A stretch of 63,104 bases of DNA, filler included, from Guillardia theta CCMP2712 (lineage: Eukaryota > Protista > Cryptophyta), in assembly GCF_000315625.1 (NCBI RefSeq). It is 4 parts of 4 records of this genome, joined end to end, with 100 filler letters (N's around TTAATTAATTAA, not from the genome) between each part and the next. Parts side by side here need not be neighbours in the genome. Positions count along the whole stretch, not along the records: positions 11,982 to 22,778 come from NW_005434530.1; positions 22,879 to 32,670 come from NW_005434553.1; 2 more parts are not named here. One strand, given 5' to 3'. Within the stretch, counting starts at the first letter, position 1. Every line of letters begins with the position of its first letter. A program made the position numbers and the translations under genes. The notes under the pieces were generated by a model, which saw only the letters and a program-made list of their open reading frames with translations, did no database searches and was not told where the DNA came from. Positions 13,152-25,259 of this stretch are shown piece by piece.

Positions 13152-13358
13152 CAGCAGCATTATGCTCTTGAGACATCGCAGACTTACTTTGGCAATAACG
13201 ACTCGATTCTCGTCATCGTCCGCCAGGTTGCCCAGGGCAGCGGCGGCGCAAGCGAGCACAGCATCGGCCTGCAAGGGGAAGAGGAAGAGAGAAAGTCAGG
13301 AGAGGGATGAGGAGAAGATAGGGGAGGAGGAGGAGGACGACGACGAGGACGACGAGGA

Positions 13359-13389
<31 letters not shown>

Positions 13390-14945
13390 ACCTGAGAAGT
13401 GTTGCAAAGGTTGCAGAGAGCTTCCAGCCCACCACAGGAGGCGACTCGTTCTCTGGATGCACAAGAGTCATACATCATGCGATGAAAATTTCGCTCCTCG
13501 CCCCTTTGACCCAGCATCCTCCTCCTCCTCCTCCTCCTCCTCCTCCTCTTCTACATCCTCCTCCTTCTCCTCCTCCTACTCCTCCTACTCCTCCTACTCC
13601 TCATTCTCATCAATTGCAAACTCTCCTTTATCCCCATTGACCTCCTCCTCCCTCTCATACATCCGCCCCCTCCACCTCCACCTGCATCTCGTCTCGTCCG
13701 CCAAGTTCGCAATCGCTGCCGCTGCATTCTCTTGTATCGATACATCCTGAGAAGGAAGCCCGTCACCTCAGCCCCTCTCTCTCCCTCCTCACCTCAGCCC
13801 CTCTCTCTCCCTCCTCACCTTGTCTTGCTTGCACAGACTCACCAGCTCCTCCACGCCGCCATGCTCGAGGATCTGCAGCCTCTCCTCGGACCCGCACGCC
13901 TGCGAGTTGGAAATCATGAATCACTCTAGCATACCCTGCGCGACACGAACAGCAGGAGGGAGCACGACAAGGTGGCGCTAGAGCAGGAGAAGCAGGAGCG
14001 AGGATAGCACCAGCACCAGCACCAGCACCAGCACCAGCAGCATGCATCAAGTGTTGTTGATCCTTCACCAGGTTTCTCAGTGCTCCTGCAATCGCTGCGA
14101 GAGGGCCATCTCCCACGGGTGACCGAAGTGCGCGGACGAGTTCCTGAATGGCACCATGCTCCGCCACAACTTGCCGCCCTGCACACATTTGTGAGCACAG
14201 CTAGCAGCAGCAGAGGCAGCAGAGGCAGGAGCAGGGGAAGGAGCAGGGCAGCAAGCAACAAGCATAGTACTTACCGCTCTCAGAGAGAGAGAGGTTTGAG
14301 AGCGCGATGGCAGCTCCTTCCAGAACCTTCAAAGCGCAGCGTCACACGGCGTGATGGTGAGGGTCAGAACGATATTGGAGGAGAGGGAGGAGGAGAGAAG
14401 GAGGAGAGGGATGGGATAAGAGGAGACATGTGACTGTTGGACGTGCCCTCACAACAAACATGAACATGAGGGCATGCGAGGAGAACTCACAGCATCGTCA
14501 AGAGCCTTGCGGACCAGGTTGACAAGAAACTCAACCCCTCCTAACTGAACAACCTGCGGGGTGAAGGAAAGTGAGCCACCCAGTCGTGCAAGGAAGTCAG
14601 GGACGCAAGGGAGGGGGCAAGGATAGCGTCAAGAGATGTAAGATCCAGGAGGAGTAGGAGCGAAGAGGCTTCAACTCACTCTGCTCTTGTTTGCCTCGCT
14701 CTGCAACGACAAGTCCCCGATCTAGTAAGAAGGTGTAAGCCGAATGTTTGAACCGACTGGTACCCCATCCCCCTCACCTCTCCCCCATCGTTCCTCCTGC
14801 CCTCTCTCACTTCTCATCTCTCCTCTCTCACCCTTCCTCCTCATCTCCTCCTCTGTCTCTCTCTCTTCTTCTCTCCTCCTCTCACCCTTCGCGCGAAGTT
14901 CGCCATGCTGGCGTCGACCTCCGCGCCCATCACTGAAGGGTTCAT
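11982..14945 (-). CDS. Armadillo-repeat protein (Vac8-like repeats), multi-exon, 3' end in gap
   Basis: Repeated ARM units: GGLEPLIRLCASSVNDAVLESSAAAIANLAYNE; VLACAAAALGNLADDDENRVVIA; AVGALRHVLYNNDGNRNKLVKLNGL; start MNPSVMGAEVDASMANFARR|GTGAG. Confidence 0.85.
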
Positions 14946-14979
14946 GATGACGCCCTCCCTTTCACCCTCCTCCCCGCGC

Positions 14980-15260
14980 TGACTCGGGTGACCCGGGACT
15001 CGGGCCCGGGCCGGAGCCACTGTGGAGTACAGTCCGACGGTCGGGGGGGCGGGCGCGGCCGTCCGCCGGGCCCTGCGCCGCCGGCCCTGAAAGCCGCTAA
15101 GTCCGGACATCTTGCAACCGCCAGGGCTCACCGCCGGGGGCGGCCGGCGCGCCGGCCCGGGCGACGGCCCGGCGGCCCGGCCCGTTTTCTCCGAAGTTCC
15201 GAAGTTCTCGCCGGGTCGACTCCTGAGTGTCAGGGTCAAGCCTCCTCGACTCTCAGGGCC
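14980..15260. promoter_or_regulatory. GC/CpG-rich island between divergent genes (ARM and Zn-cluster)
   Basis: Very high GC with dense CCGG/GGCC/CGCG and GACTC/CAGTC words. Confidence 0.5.
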
Positions 15261-15420
15261 TGATTGTCCTCGTACTGATCTTTAATTTCTTTTACTCAAA
15301 GTTAAGTTTCACTGTACGGTACTGATGCTGATTGTTTACTTAACTTTGGCCGAGTAAAGAAGAACTAAACTTTAAATTGAACAGTGCCAAGAACTGACGG
15401 GAAAAAGATGGTTGCTGGCG

Positions 15421-15463
15421 CTGATTGTTCTCGTACTGATCTTTAACTTAACTTTGAGTAAAG
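15421..15463 (+). repeat. Full copy of the dispersed ~43-bp motif (GATTGTYCTCGTACTGATCTTTAACTTAACTTTGAGTAAAG)
   Basis: Matches copies at 54981-55023 (reverse) and 59425-59465 (reverse); partial copies at 8809, 15261, 15291, 17328, 59221, 59374 and 61079. Confidence 0.85.
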
Positions 15464-15828
15464 GCCGCCGGAAGGGGAAGGGATCACTGACCTCACCCTA
15501 CCCTGCACCAGTACCGGTCACCGGCGGGGGTAGTAGGGTTCATTGCTGATCAGCAATATAATAGGGGTTTTACAGCAAATTAGATATGACCCGAGATACA
15601 GATGCCACCCACCTGCTCAAATCGCTATGAAAAGCACGGGTGGTTTCTCCGTTTCGAGAGCTCCGAGTCAAACCAATCCTCGAAACGGTGCGATACGCCA
15701 AGAGGCCTCGGCTGGATCCCTTCTCAGTCGAATCTTTGTCTCCCCGTCTCGTTTCGTCCTCTCCTGCCTGCTGCTGCTTCTCCCCTTCAAGCACAGACAG
15801 GTCAGCCCATGACATCCAGACAACCTTC

Positions 15829-16850
15829 AATCTCTGCATTGGCAGAGGCTCCTGGCGGTAGCGTCTTCACCTCGCACAGTCAAATGCTCCGTTCGCGATC
15901 TGGCGATTGTTGTGATTTTTTTCCACCTCTTCTATTTCCACCTTCGCACTTGTTGACCTCCTCTCAAAATCCGAATCGTAATCGTGTCATGCACGCTTGC
16001 CTGCGATGCAAGCTCAACAAGATCAAGTGCGACGACAGCCGCCCCTGCACGCGCTGCCTGCGGCAAGGCTGCGGACAAGCATGCATGGCGTACAGCGTGC
16101 AGAGGCCCTTGCAAGGGCTTTCAATGACGGGGGCGAGGAGCAGCGCAAGCGGTCTGCAGGAGACGGCTGGCCCAGCGATGAAGCGACGGTCGTGCGAGGG
16201 GTGCCGGCAGAAGAAGGTCCGGTGCAGCATGGAGAGGCCCTGCTCGAGGTGCGGGGGGAACTGGTCCAGGCGTGCAGAGACTGCCTGGCGAGCGTTGCAC
16301 TACGCTGGGGGCGTGGGAGGAGGCGGTGGTGCCTGTGCGGATGTGCCGGGAGCAGGTGGAGGCGTGGAGGGACTCGTGCAGGCAGCCGAAGCACCGGAGG
16401 AAGCATGTGGTGCGGGCGTGCGAGGCTTGTCGTAGGTCCAAGGTAGGGTGCGACGAAGGCCGGCCGTGCTTGCGGTGCATGGGATCAGGGCGGGGATGCA
16501 GGGACAGCCTGGCAGGAGAGGCTGGTAAGGTAGACGGAGAGCGAGAGGAATCGGACGAGGGTGTGCAGGTAGGAGACGGGGGAGCGCTGCTTGGGGGAGA
16601 CAGGTACTGGACGATAGGAGAGGATGAGGGTGCGGGGAGCTGGGAGGGGCTGGAGCTGGAGGACGGGAGGGAGCATTGGGAGGTAGGATCCGATCTCGAG
16701 ATACTCCTAACGGAGAAGGAAGGAGGGGAGGAGGCAGCAATGTCGATCGTGGTGGGGCAGCAGGGAGATCAGGGGGATCAGCAGCAGGAGGAGGTGGTGG
16801 AGGAGATGGTGGAGACGCTCTGGTGTCTACAAGTGGGTACTGCTCTGTAA
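15829..16850 (+). pseudogene. Triple Zn(II)2Cys6 (GAL4-type) transcription factor copy 1, frameshifted (or sequence errors)
   Basis: ACLRCKLNKIKCDDSRPCTRCLRQGCGQAC, SCEGCRQKKVRCSMERPCSRC and ACEACRRSKVGCDEGRPCLRC motifs; two single-C deletions (~16261 and ~16300) relative to copy 2 break the frame. Confidence 0.75.
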
Positions 16851-16904
16851 TCTTGCTGTAAATTTTCTTTTTTTGTTTACTTTCATTGAAGCATCTTCAA
16901 ATGA

Positions 16905-17300
16905 GGCTGTTTCATCAACTTTCAGGCCAGCGTTCGACTGATTTCAAGCAGTGTATTCCTCAAGCTTTCCTCCTCAGGCTAGACCCAACTATCAATGCGA
17001 GATATCGCGTCTTTTTCTGTGACCAGACAACATGTCTACACACAATTGCACTTGACCCTGCTGCTCTTTGTCTCTCAGTCACAGGAGTTACTCCTTTCGA
17101 AGCCGGGCGGGGTGGGAGTTGGGGCTGTTGTCAAAAGCTTTCTTCCTGAAAGCTTGCGAATCGCTCTCAACAAAGTGGTCGACTGTCACACGTGCTGTCA
17201 GACAATAACTGTTAGCCTTGTAAGGACTCGGATCAGAGTTTGGGTGCTCTCCCAGGTTGTCAAAGAGCAGTTATGCTTGAAACCGATTATAACTGCCTCA
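16905..17300 (-). pseudogene. Apparent 3' fragment of an unrelated spliced gene between the two Zn-cluster copies
   Basis: Exon-like pieces VDHFVESDSQAFRKKAFDNSPNSHPARLRKE and PEEESLRNTLLEISRTLA* with splice-like borders; no start found before motif copy 17328. Confidence 0.3.
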
Positions 17301-17627
17301 ACCGACGCGGCTTATATACTCCGATAGAACTTAAAACCAAGTTTGAGTAAAGTGATCATCCGATGATGTCAGATGCCACGTGATCGTGATATCTTGGACC
17401 TGGATACAGCCGACGGTCGGGCCCTACCCCGTCAAACGATAGCAAAAAAGGGGGTAAGAAAAATATCACGTGTGTCCAATATCGGATAGAGCCGAGGGCA
17501 TTGCTACAAAAGCATCCTTTCAAACCGTTGCTTGCGTCAATGCTCCATGCTCTTCTCCGCCTACTCTCCCCCGTTTCCTCCTTTCTCCCTCTCTTGCCAC
17601 CCTGCTGCTCAGCTTGTCCCGTCTGAA

Positions 17628-18518
17628 ATGCCTGCCATCCGTCCTCGCAAGCGAAGAGCCTTCGCCGCTTGCCTGCGATGCAAGCTCAACAAGATCAAGT
17701 GCGACGACAGCCGCCCCTGCACGCGCTGCCTGCGGCAAGGCTGCGGACAAGCATGCATGGCGTACAGCGTGCAGAGGCCCTTGCAAGGGCTTTCAATGAC
17801 GGGGGCGAGGAGCAGCGCAAGCGGTCTGCAGGAGACGGCTGGCCCAGCGATGAAGCGACGGTCGTGCGAGGGGTGCCGGCAGAAGAAGGTCCGGTGCAGC
17901 ATGGAGAGGCCCTGCTCGAGGTGCGGGGGGAACCTGGTCCAGGCGTGCAGAGACTGCCTGGCGAGCGTTGCACCTACGCTGGGGGCGTGGGAGGAGGCGG
18001 TGGTGCCTGTGCGGATGTGCCGGGAGCAGGTGGAGGCGTGGAGGGACTCGTGCAGGCGGCCGAAGCACCGGAGGAAGCATGTGGTGCGGGCGTGCGAGGC
18101 TTGTCGTAGGTCCAAGGTAGGGTGCGACGAAGGCCGGCCGTGCTTGCGGTGCATGGGATCAGGGCGGGGATGCAGGGACAGCCTGGTAGGAGAGGCTGGT
18201 AAGGTAGACGGAGAGCGAGAGGAATCGGACGAGGGTGTGCAGGTAGGAGACGGGGGAGCGCTGCTTGGGGGAGACAGGTACTGGACGATAGGAGAGGATG
18301 AGGGTGCGGGGAGCTGGGAGGGGCTGGAGGAGTCTTTTGGAGAGTCAATTGATGGGCTGCTGCTGACTCGGAGGAAGCAAGGAAGGTACGGTCGGAAGCA
18401 GGGAAGTGGATCTGGGAGGACGGGGGCATTTTTTTTTGCTTGGAAGGGAGAGAAGCTGTTTGATATGACTTGTTTAGATCTTCGAAGGAAGCTTCGATTG
18501 ATCTTGATTTTCCGCTAG
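17628..18518 (+). CDS. Triple Zn(II)2Cys6 (GAL4-type) transcription factor copy 2, intact ORF
   Basis: MPAIRPRKRRAFAACLRCKLNKIKC...; three Cx2Cx6Cx5Cx2Cx6-8C motifs with basic residues upstream. Confidence 0.85.
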   Translation: MPAIRPRKRRAFAACLRCKLNKIKCDDSRPCTRCLRQGCGQACMAYSVQRPLQGLSMTGARSSASGLQETAGPAMKRRSCEGCRQKKVRCSMERPCSRCGGNLVQACRDCLASVAPTLGAWEEAVVPVRMCREQVEAWRDSCRRPKHRRKHVVRACEACRRSKVGCDEGRPCLRCMGSGRGCRDSLVGEAGKVDGEREESDEGVQVGDGGALLGGDRYWTIGEDEGAGSWEGLEESFGESIDGLLLTRRKQGRYGRKQGSGSGRTGAFFFAWKGEKLFDMTCLDLRRKLRLILIFR

Positions 18519-19729
18519 CTTTTGAATAAAGTTTTCTATTCATTGTCATTGAAGTTGTCAGGAGAGTCACGGCAAGGAGGCTTGACGGCCGGGGCCGGCT
18601 GACTCACGGCACTGTCGCACAGCCCAAACGGCGAGAAGAGAAAAGACAGCGAGAACCAAACCCAAGCCTGCCGCAGTGCCGACTGCTGTCAGTTAATGTC
18701 GGCCCTGATCTGGGCTGGCAGGCCCGCAGCCGCGGCCGGCCCGCCGGCCCGCCGGCCCGGGCCCGGCCCGGGGGCCCTTCTGAATTTATAAGTGGATTTT
18801 TATCATAAAACTTGCTGTTAGTTAGAGATAGTTTTACAATGTTAGTACCCCAAGTATGTATTGCTCTACATCACTTATATTATTTTAAAGTTTTAAAGGG
18901 ATAAAGTGGTACATCAACACTTATTAAGACTTTTGGCGGCCCGGTAGCGGTAGGGAGGAATCAGCAAAGATTTTCTAGGCATTTTAAATATTAACAGTAC
19001 CTTTTGTTGATGACTAACGTCAATCGTGGTACAAGCATCTAACCTACATCCTCCAAAACGGTGCTTTTAAACTTAAAAGGGTGTTTTAGATAATTCGGTG
19101 GCCGCAGGGCGGAAAATGCAGGGGAGGAAGGAGAAGGAAAGGGAGGCAGGAGAGGCGAGGAGGAGGAATGGTTCAGAGAAGAGGGATGTTTTTCAAGGGA
19201 GAAAGCTGGCTCAAGAGCATTACGATGAGGCTTCGCTCCTTTGTGTTGTTTTTAAGGTGTTGAAGGAAGAAGGAGGTATTGGCCAAGTAGAGCAAAGTGC
19301 TGCGAAGACTGAAATGCTGGATATGAAAGCAGATATGAAGTAAAAAGGATAGTGAGAGCTTTTATCAGATAGATTGTAGTTCGACGGTCGTGCATCTCAG
19401 CGTTCCTATGCCGTGTAAGAAAGCTCTCCAAACGAAATGGCTTCCGTTGGTGCTGGTGCGAAGAGTTATTCTACTGATTTGAACAAATTTCTTGTGCCGG
19501 ATTCTTGTCGACTTGCTGGCACGAGGATGCCATGATGAAAATGCATGCTGACAAGGCATGACAGATGGAGCACAACAGCATCTGAAAAGTTTTCTGGAGG
19601 CATGACAGCAGGATCGTAAAAAAGTGTTGGAGGGTGAGAAAGATGATTTGATCGCTATTTGAAGACAACTGCCACAATGCCGGAGCAAAGCGCACACGCA
19701 CAACAAAATGCCCGAGCTGAGCCAGATCA

Positions 19730-22434
19730 GGCGGGGGAGATGGCGATTGCATCAAGATCATACACTTCAATGACGTTTATGAGATTGAACCCAAGGTTCT
19801 TTTTGCCAGTCGTTGTTGTTGTTGTGTCGAGTTGCATGCTTTCTCTCACTCTATCACTCTCCTTTTCCTTCCTTCTCTCCTCTTTCCTCCTTCCTGCCTT
19901 TCTCGTTTCTTCTCTCCCCTGCCTAACCCCCGCCCTCGCCGTTACTTATTCCTTTGTTGTTCCTGCTACCCTGCCATTCTCTTTACTTCATATGTTGATC
20001 CGAAGCTGAACGTCTTTGCAGGCAAGAGATCCTGTGGGAGGAGTTGCAAGATTCATCAATCGCATCAGAGTGAGCTATCCTATCCTTCCCCAGCATCACC
20101 ACAACCTCTTCCTCCTCCCCCTCCTCCTCTTTCTTCACCACGCCCTGGTCCTGTCCGTCGTCCTCTTTCTCATTCTCGTCTCCCTTCATCCCATCCTCTC
20201 AACTCGCTTCCTCCGTCATGCTGTTCGCCTCCTCATCACCGTCCTCTTCCCCACCTCCTTCCCTCACCCTCCTACAGAACCGTCTAACTGAACTGCTGCA
20301 GTCCTACCCCGACAGTCTCGTGCTCTTCAGTGGCGACGCCCTGGCCCCGTCGCTAATGAGCACCATTACTAAGGGAGAGCACATGGTCAAGTTCCTCAAC
20401 ATGATGAACATCCGCGTCGCCTGCATCGGGAACCATGAGTTCGACTTCGGGGTAGAGCATCTCACCAGGAGCTGCATTGACGAGACCAACTTTCCCTGGC
20501 TCATCTCCAACGCCTGGGACGCGAGGACGGGGGAGAGGCTGGCGGGAGGGAAGGAGACGGCGATGGTCGAGCATGGAGGATGGAGGATCGGAGTGATGGG
20601 GCTGATTGAGGAGGAATGGCTGGCGACGCTGGCGACGCTGGATCAGGACGAGGTGATCTACAGGGACTATGTGGAGGTCGGGAGGGAGCTGGAGCAGAAG
20701 CTGAGGAGGGAGGGAGCTGACGTCGTCATCGCCCTGACTCACATGAGGAGGCCCAACGACAGGAGGCTGGCGGCAGAGGTGCCGGAGCTGGACTTGATCC
20801 TTGGAGGACACGATCACGAGGTGGTGAGAGAGGAGGTGGGAGGAGTGGAGATCATCAAGTCGGGGACGGACTTCAGATACTTCTCAAGGATAGAGATGAG
20901 GGGCATCGGGGAGGGGAAGCCGAAGATCGAGTGCGTGGTGGAGGAGGTGAAGGAGGAGGACGAGAGCGACGAGGAGGCGAGCAAGTTGGTGGAGATGTAC
21001 AAAGAGGAGCTCGCCAAGTCGATGGACAAGGTGAGAGGAAGAGGGGAGGTGGGGTTGGGGGTGGTGGTGGTTGGGGGGGNNNNNNNNNNNNNNNNNNNNN
21101 NNNNNNNNNNNNNNNNNNNNNNNNNNNNNNNNNNNNNNNNNNNNNNNNNNNNNNNNNNNNNNNNNNNNNNNNNNNNNNNGGGGTGGGACAGGAAGGAAGG
21201 AATGAGGGGGGGATGGAAGCGACCTGTCACCCTGCACGTTCATCGCTTCCTCGTCCGCCCTCTGCAGTTCTCACCATCTTCTTTCTTAGATTCTTGGGGA
21301 GCTCGGGTGCTCCATCGACGCAACCTTTGCTCACATCCGAACAAGGTCCAAATTGAAGATGCACCTTCTCCTCCTCCTCCTCCTCCTCCTCCTCCCTCTC
21401 ATCCTCTACATCCTCCTCCTCCTCCTCTGCTGATGCTGATGCTGATGCTGCTGCATTCTCCTCTGCATCCTCCTCCTCTGCATTTACATCATCTGCATCA
21501 TCATCATCTCCATCATCATACTTCCTCTATCCTACATCTCTCCTCTATCCTGTCCTTCTTCCATCCTCGCCTCCCATCCCTGCCTCCGGCTTCTCTTTCT
21601 CACCGAGCCTGCTCTCGCTCCCCTTTGAACTCGCCTTCCCCGCTCATGTTCTGCCAGGGAAACCAACGCTGGCAACTGGATCGCAGATTGTGTACGTGAT
21701 GGGATAGAGAACAACGGCATCCATGTAGACTTCTCTCCTCTCCTCTCACACTATCACACAAACCTTCTCCTCCTCCCCCCCACCGCCTTCCTCCTTCCTG
21801 TTCCTCTTGATCTTCCTCCCTCCTCCCTCCCTCTTCACTTGTCTTCTTGTCCATTCCCCCGGCTCCTTCCTCACCCATCTCCAGGTCGACGTCGTCCTGA
21901 TCAACTCAGGAACTTTGCGGGCTGACGATATCTTTCCTCCTGGCCCTTTCCTGATGAAGGTAACTCCTCCTTCGCTGCTCCTCAATCTTTCCCTTCCCTC
22001 TCTTTCCTCCTCCTCCCTTCCGCAAGTCTCCTGCTATTCCTCACCCACATGGCAGGACCTTGTAACGCTTCTCCCGATGCTCGACGAGCTCTGCGTCATT
22101 CAGTTGACGGGAGCGCAGCTGCTGGAAGCGCTTGAGGTGATGGGAATCGAAGGAGGAGGTGGCACGGGGGAGAGCAGAGGAGTGGGAGAGGAGAGGAGAG
22201 TCAAGGGATAGGAGGGTGAAATATTGACTTTCAACTTGCAGAATGGTGTTTGTATGTATCCAAAATTGGAAGGAAGGTAAGATTGAGAAGAGGCAGAAAG
22301 GAATCTGCTGAAACTCTGATCATGTTGTAGATTTCCGTGTGTGTCTGGAGTTCGTTTTGAGTTCGACCCCGACATGCCTGCTGGAAGAAGAATTATAGGC
22401 AAGAGTGTCATTTCCGTATCTGTTGTAACCATGC

Positions 22435-22473
<39 letters not shown>

Positions 22474-22634
22474 TTTATTTTCCATATGCTTTATTCAAAT
22501 TCTCCTCCTCCTCCTCCTCCTCCTCCTCCTCCTTCCCTTTCTGACTTCTCTCCCTCTAGTGGACACTGTCACCGTCAACGACCAGCTGCTGCGACAGGAC
22601 AAACTCTACAACGTTGCAACGAAAGCATACCTCG
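19730..22634 (+). CDS. 5'-nucleotidase / apyrase family (calcineurin-like metallophosphoesterase plus 5'-NT C-terminal domain), partial
   Basis: IIHFNDVYEI; DPVGGVARF; LFSGDALAPSLMSTITKGEHM; IGNHEFDFG; IALTHMR; LILGGHDH; VVLINSGTLRAD; EGRFPCVSGVRFEFDP; start is upstream and unresolved, end is in the gap. Confidence 0.92.
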
Positions 22635-23075
22635 GTGAGAGGACGAGACGCATGCTAGGGAGGGGGAGGGAAGGCGAGCTGGTGCTGGACTGAGGATCAG
22701 CAGCAGCCGGATGAAGAGAGGAGCAGGTGTAGGAGCAGGAGAGCAAATGTAGGCAGAGGAATGCGCAGGGGGGCGGCGNNNNNNNNNNNNNNNNNNNNNN
22801 NNNNNNNNNNNNNNNNNNNNNNTTAATTAATTAANNNNNNNNNNNNNNNNNNNNNNNNNNNNNNNNNNNNNNNNNNNNTGCACATCATTTCTGTCGCTGC
22901 CTCCACCTCGTCCTGCAGGAATTCTTCCTCCTGCTCCTCTCCCGGACAACACCTGTAAACACCTTCACCACAAGGCGGAGGGATGAAGGAAGAGGACGAT
23001 CGAAGACGAGGACGAGGACGAGGACGAGGAGGACGACAGAGGAGGAGGAAGAGGAGGAGGAGGAGAGGGAGGACA

Positions 23076-23122
<47 letters not shown>

Positions 23123-23660
23123 GACGACAGAGGAGGAGGAGGAGGAGGAGGACAAGGACGAGGACGAGGAGCTCACGCTGCTCTGGTCTTCCTATGTAAC
23201 ATCGCCAAGACAATGATGAACAAGACCTGATGCGGACAAGGAGAAATGAACAGAGAGAAAAGAGGAGGAGGAGGGAGAAATTTNNNNNNNNNNNNNNNNN
23301 NNNNNNNNNNNNNNNNNNNNNNNNNNNNNNNNNNNNNNNNNNNNNNNNNNNNNNNNNNNNNNNNNNNNNNNNNNNNNNNNNNNCCTCCTCTCCTCCTCTC
23401 CTCTCCTCCTCCTCCCTCCTCCTCTCCTCTCCTCTCCTCTCCTCTCCTCTCCTCTCCTCTCCTCCCCTCTCCTCTCCTCTCCTCCCTCTCCTCTCCTCTC
23501 CTCTCCTCTCCTCTCCTCTCCTCCCTCTCCTCTCCTCTCCTCTCCTCTCCTCTCTTCTCCTCTCCTCTTCTCCTCTCCTCTTCTCCTCTCCATCCTCTCC
23601 CACTCTCCCTATTCCTTTCCCTCCTCCTCTCTCCTTCTCTCCCTCCCGCCTCTCTCTCAG

Positions 23661-24864
23661 ATCTTGACTACTTTGAGCCCCGTCGACAACCTCTTCCCTC
23701 GCGACCTGGTCTACCTCAACCTGGTCTGCCCAGCGAGTGTCAACGTTCCCAGCTGAGCCTCAGCAGGAGTTCGACGATGACGAGCAGGTTGACCCGTCCG
23801 GCTTCTTCGACGTCGCTTGCGCCTTCATCAGTCGGTCGCTCGAGGTGAGGGAGGAGGGAGAGGGAGGAGGAGAGGGGAGAGGGCGAGGAAGAGGACGAGG
23901 ACGACTTGAGGCTGATTGAGACTGACGGGAGGAGGAGGAGGGAGGAGGCTGCCTGGTTCACTGCAACGCGGGGATTTCACGGTCAAGGTGAGCTGGAGGT
24001 CAGCTGGGGTGAAGCTGAGAGAGTTGAAGCGCCTTGACGTTGGCCTTCCTCGTCAAATCTCGAGGTTTCACGCTCAGAGAAGCGCTGAATGCCTTGAGAG
24101 AACGACGGTTGTCCTTCCTACCTGCCTCCTCCTCCTCCATCTCCATCCCCACTTCCTCTCTCTCTCTCTCTCCTCCTCCTCCTCCTCTCGTCCTCACCTT
24201 CCGCTCCGCATCTCGTGCTGCTCCTTACATCCATCCCTCGCAGACCGATCGCATGGCCCAATCAAGGTTTCATGGCGAGGCTGATCGACATGGAGGCGAA
24301 GCTTCGAGGAGGATGGTAGAAGTGCTGGAGGAGGAGGAGGAGGAGGAGGAGGAGGACAAGAGAAGACAGATGGATCAGAGGAGAGAGGAGGGGGAGGGAA
24401 GTGATTTGAATGTCAAGGTCCTCGCTCTCCAAGGACGATTACGCCGCCTGGTCCGAGGTCAGATCTCCTCCTCCCTTCCTTCACACCCTCACACTTTCTC
24501 AGAGGGACCCGGAGGCTATTCGGATGGCGAAGTTGGTGAGGAGGAGGAGGGAGGGAGGGAGGGGAGGAGACTGAAATGCTTCAGGTCGATCGCGACAATT
24601 GAAAAAGTTGATACATTGAAACATATTCAAAGGTTGTTCTACAGATGTCAAAAGCTACTTAGTCTCTTTCCATTTCTCTCACTTGCCCTTCTCACTGATC
24701 GCAACTTCCTTCTTTGCCTGGCAGCAGCTGTCAAACTCCTTCCGCGTATCTCCCCCCCCTCCTGCCCAGCTCATCTTGTTCTCCCCTCCTTCTCGTCTCA
24801 CCTGCTCAAATGCTGTCTGCAAGTCCTGAGCGATCGGCGAGACAGTCACATTGAGCTGAAGTAG
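23661..24864 (+). CDS. Dual-specificity protein phosphatase domain, 5' part in gap
   Basis: FFDVACAFISRSLE / GGCLVHCNAGISRS (HCxxGxSRS) / LAFLVKSRGFTLREALNALRERR / PIAWPNQGFMARLIDME. Confidence 0.88.
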
Positions 24865-24897
24865 AATCAGACCACCGACAATATCCACCTCCGTTGA

Positions 24898-24983
24898 CGT
24901 CATCATCATCATCATAGTCATCGTCATCGTCATCGTCATCATCATCATCATCGTCATCGTCATCGTCATCATCATCATCATCA

Positions 24984-25016
<33 letters not shown>
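24898..25016. repeat. (TCA/TCG)n microsatellite between convergent genes
   Basis: Directly visible. Confidence 0.9.
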
Positions 25017-25017
<1 letters not shown>

Positions 25018-25027
25018 TCCTCTTCAT

Positions 25028-25186
25028 TCATACCTGAGGCATTGAGTTCTTACTGGCTTCTGCTTCTGCCACCGCAATCTCTGCGATGATCTTCGGGTCG
25101 ATGGGCGTCAGGGCTGAGTCCCACGTCTGATTCAAACTGATCGAGCCGTGAGAGGAGACAGGAAACGACAAGAAGAAGAATAAGGA

Positions 25187-25259
<73 letters not shown>

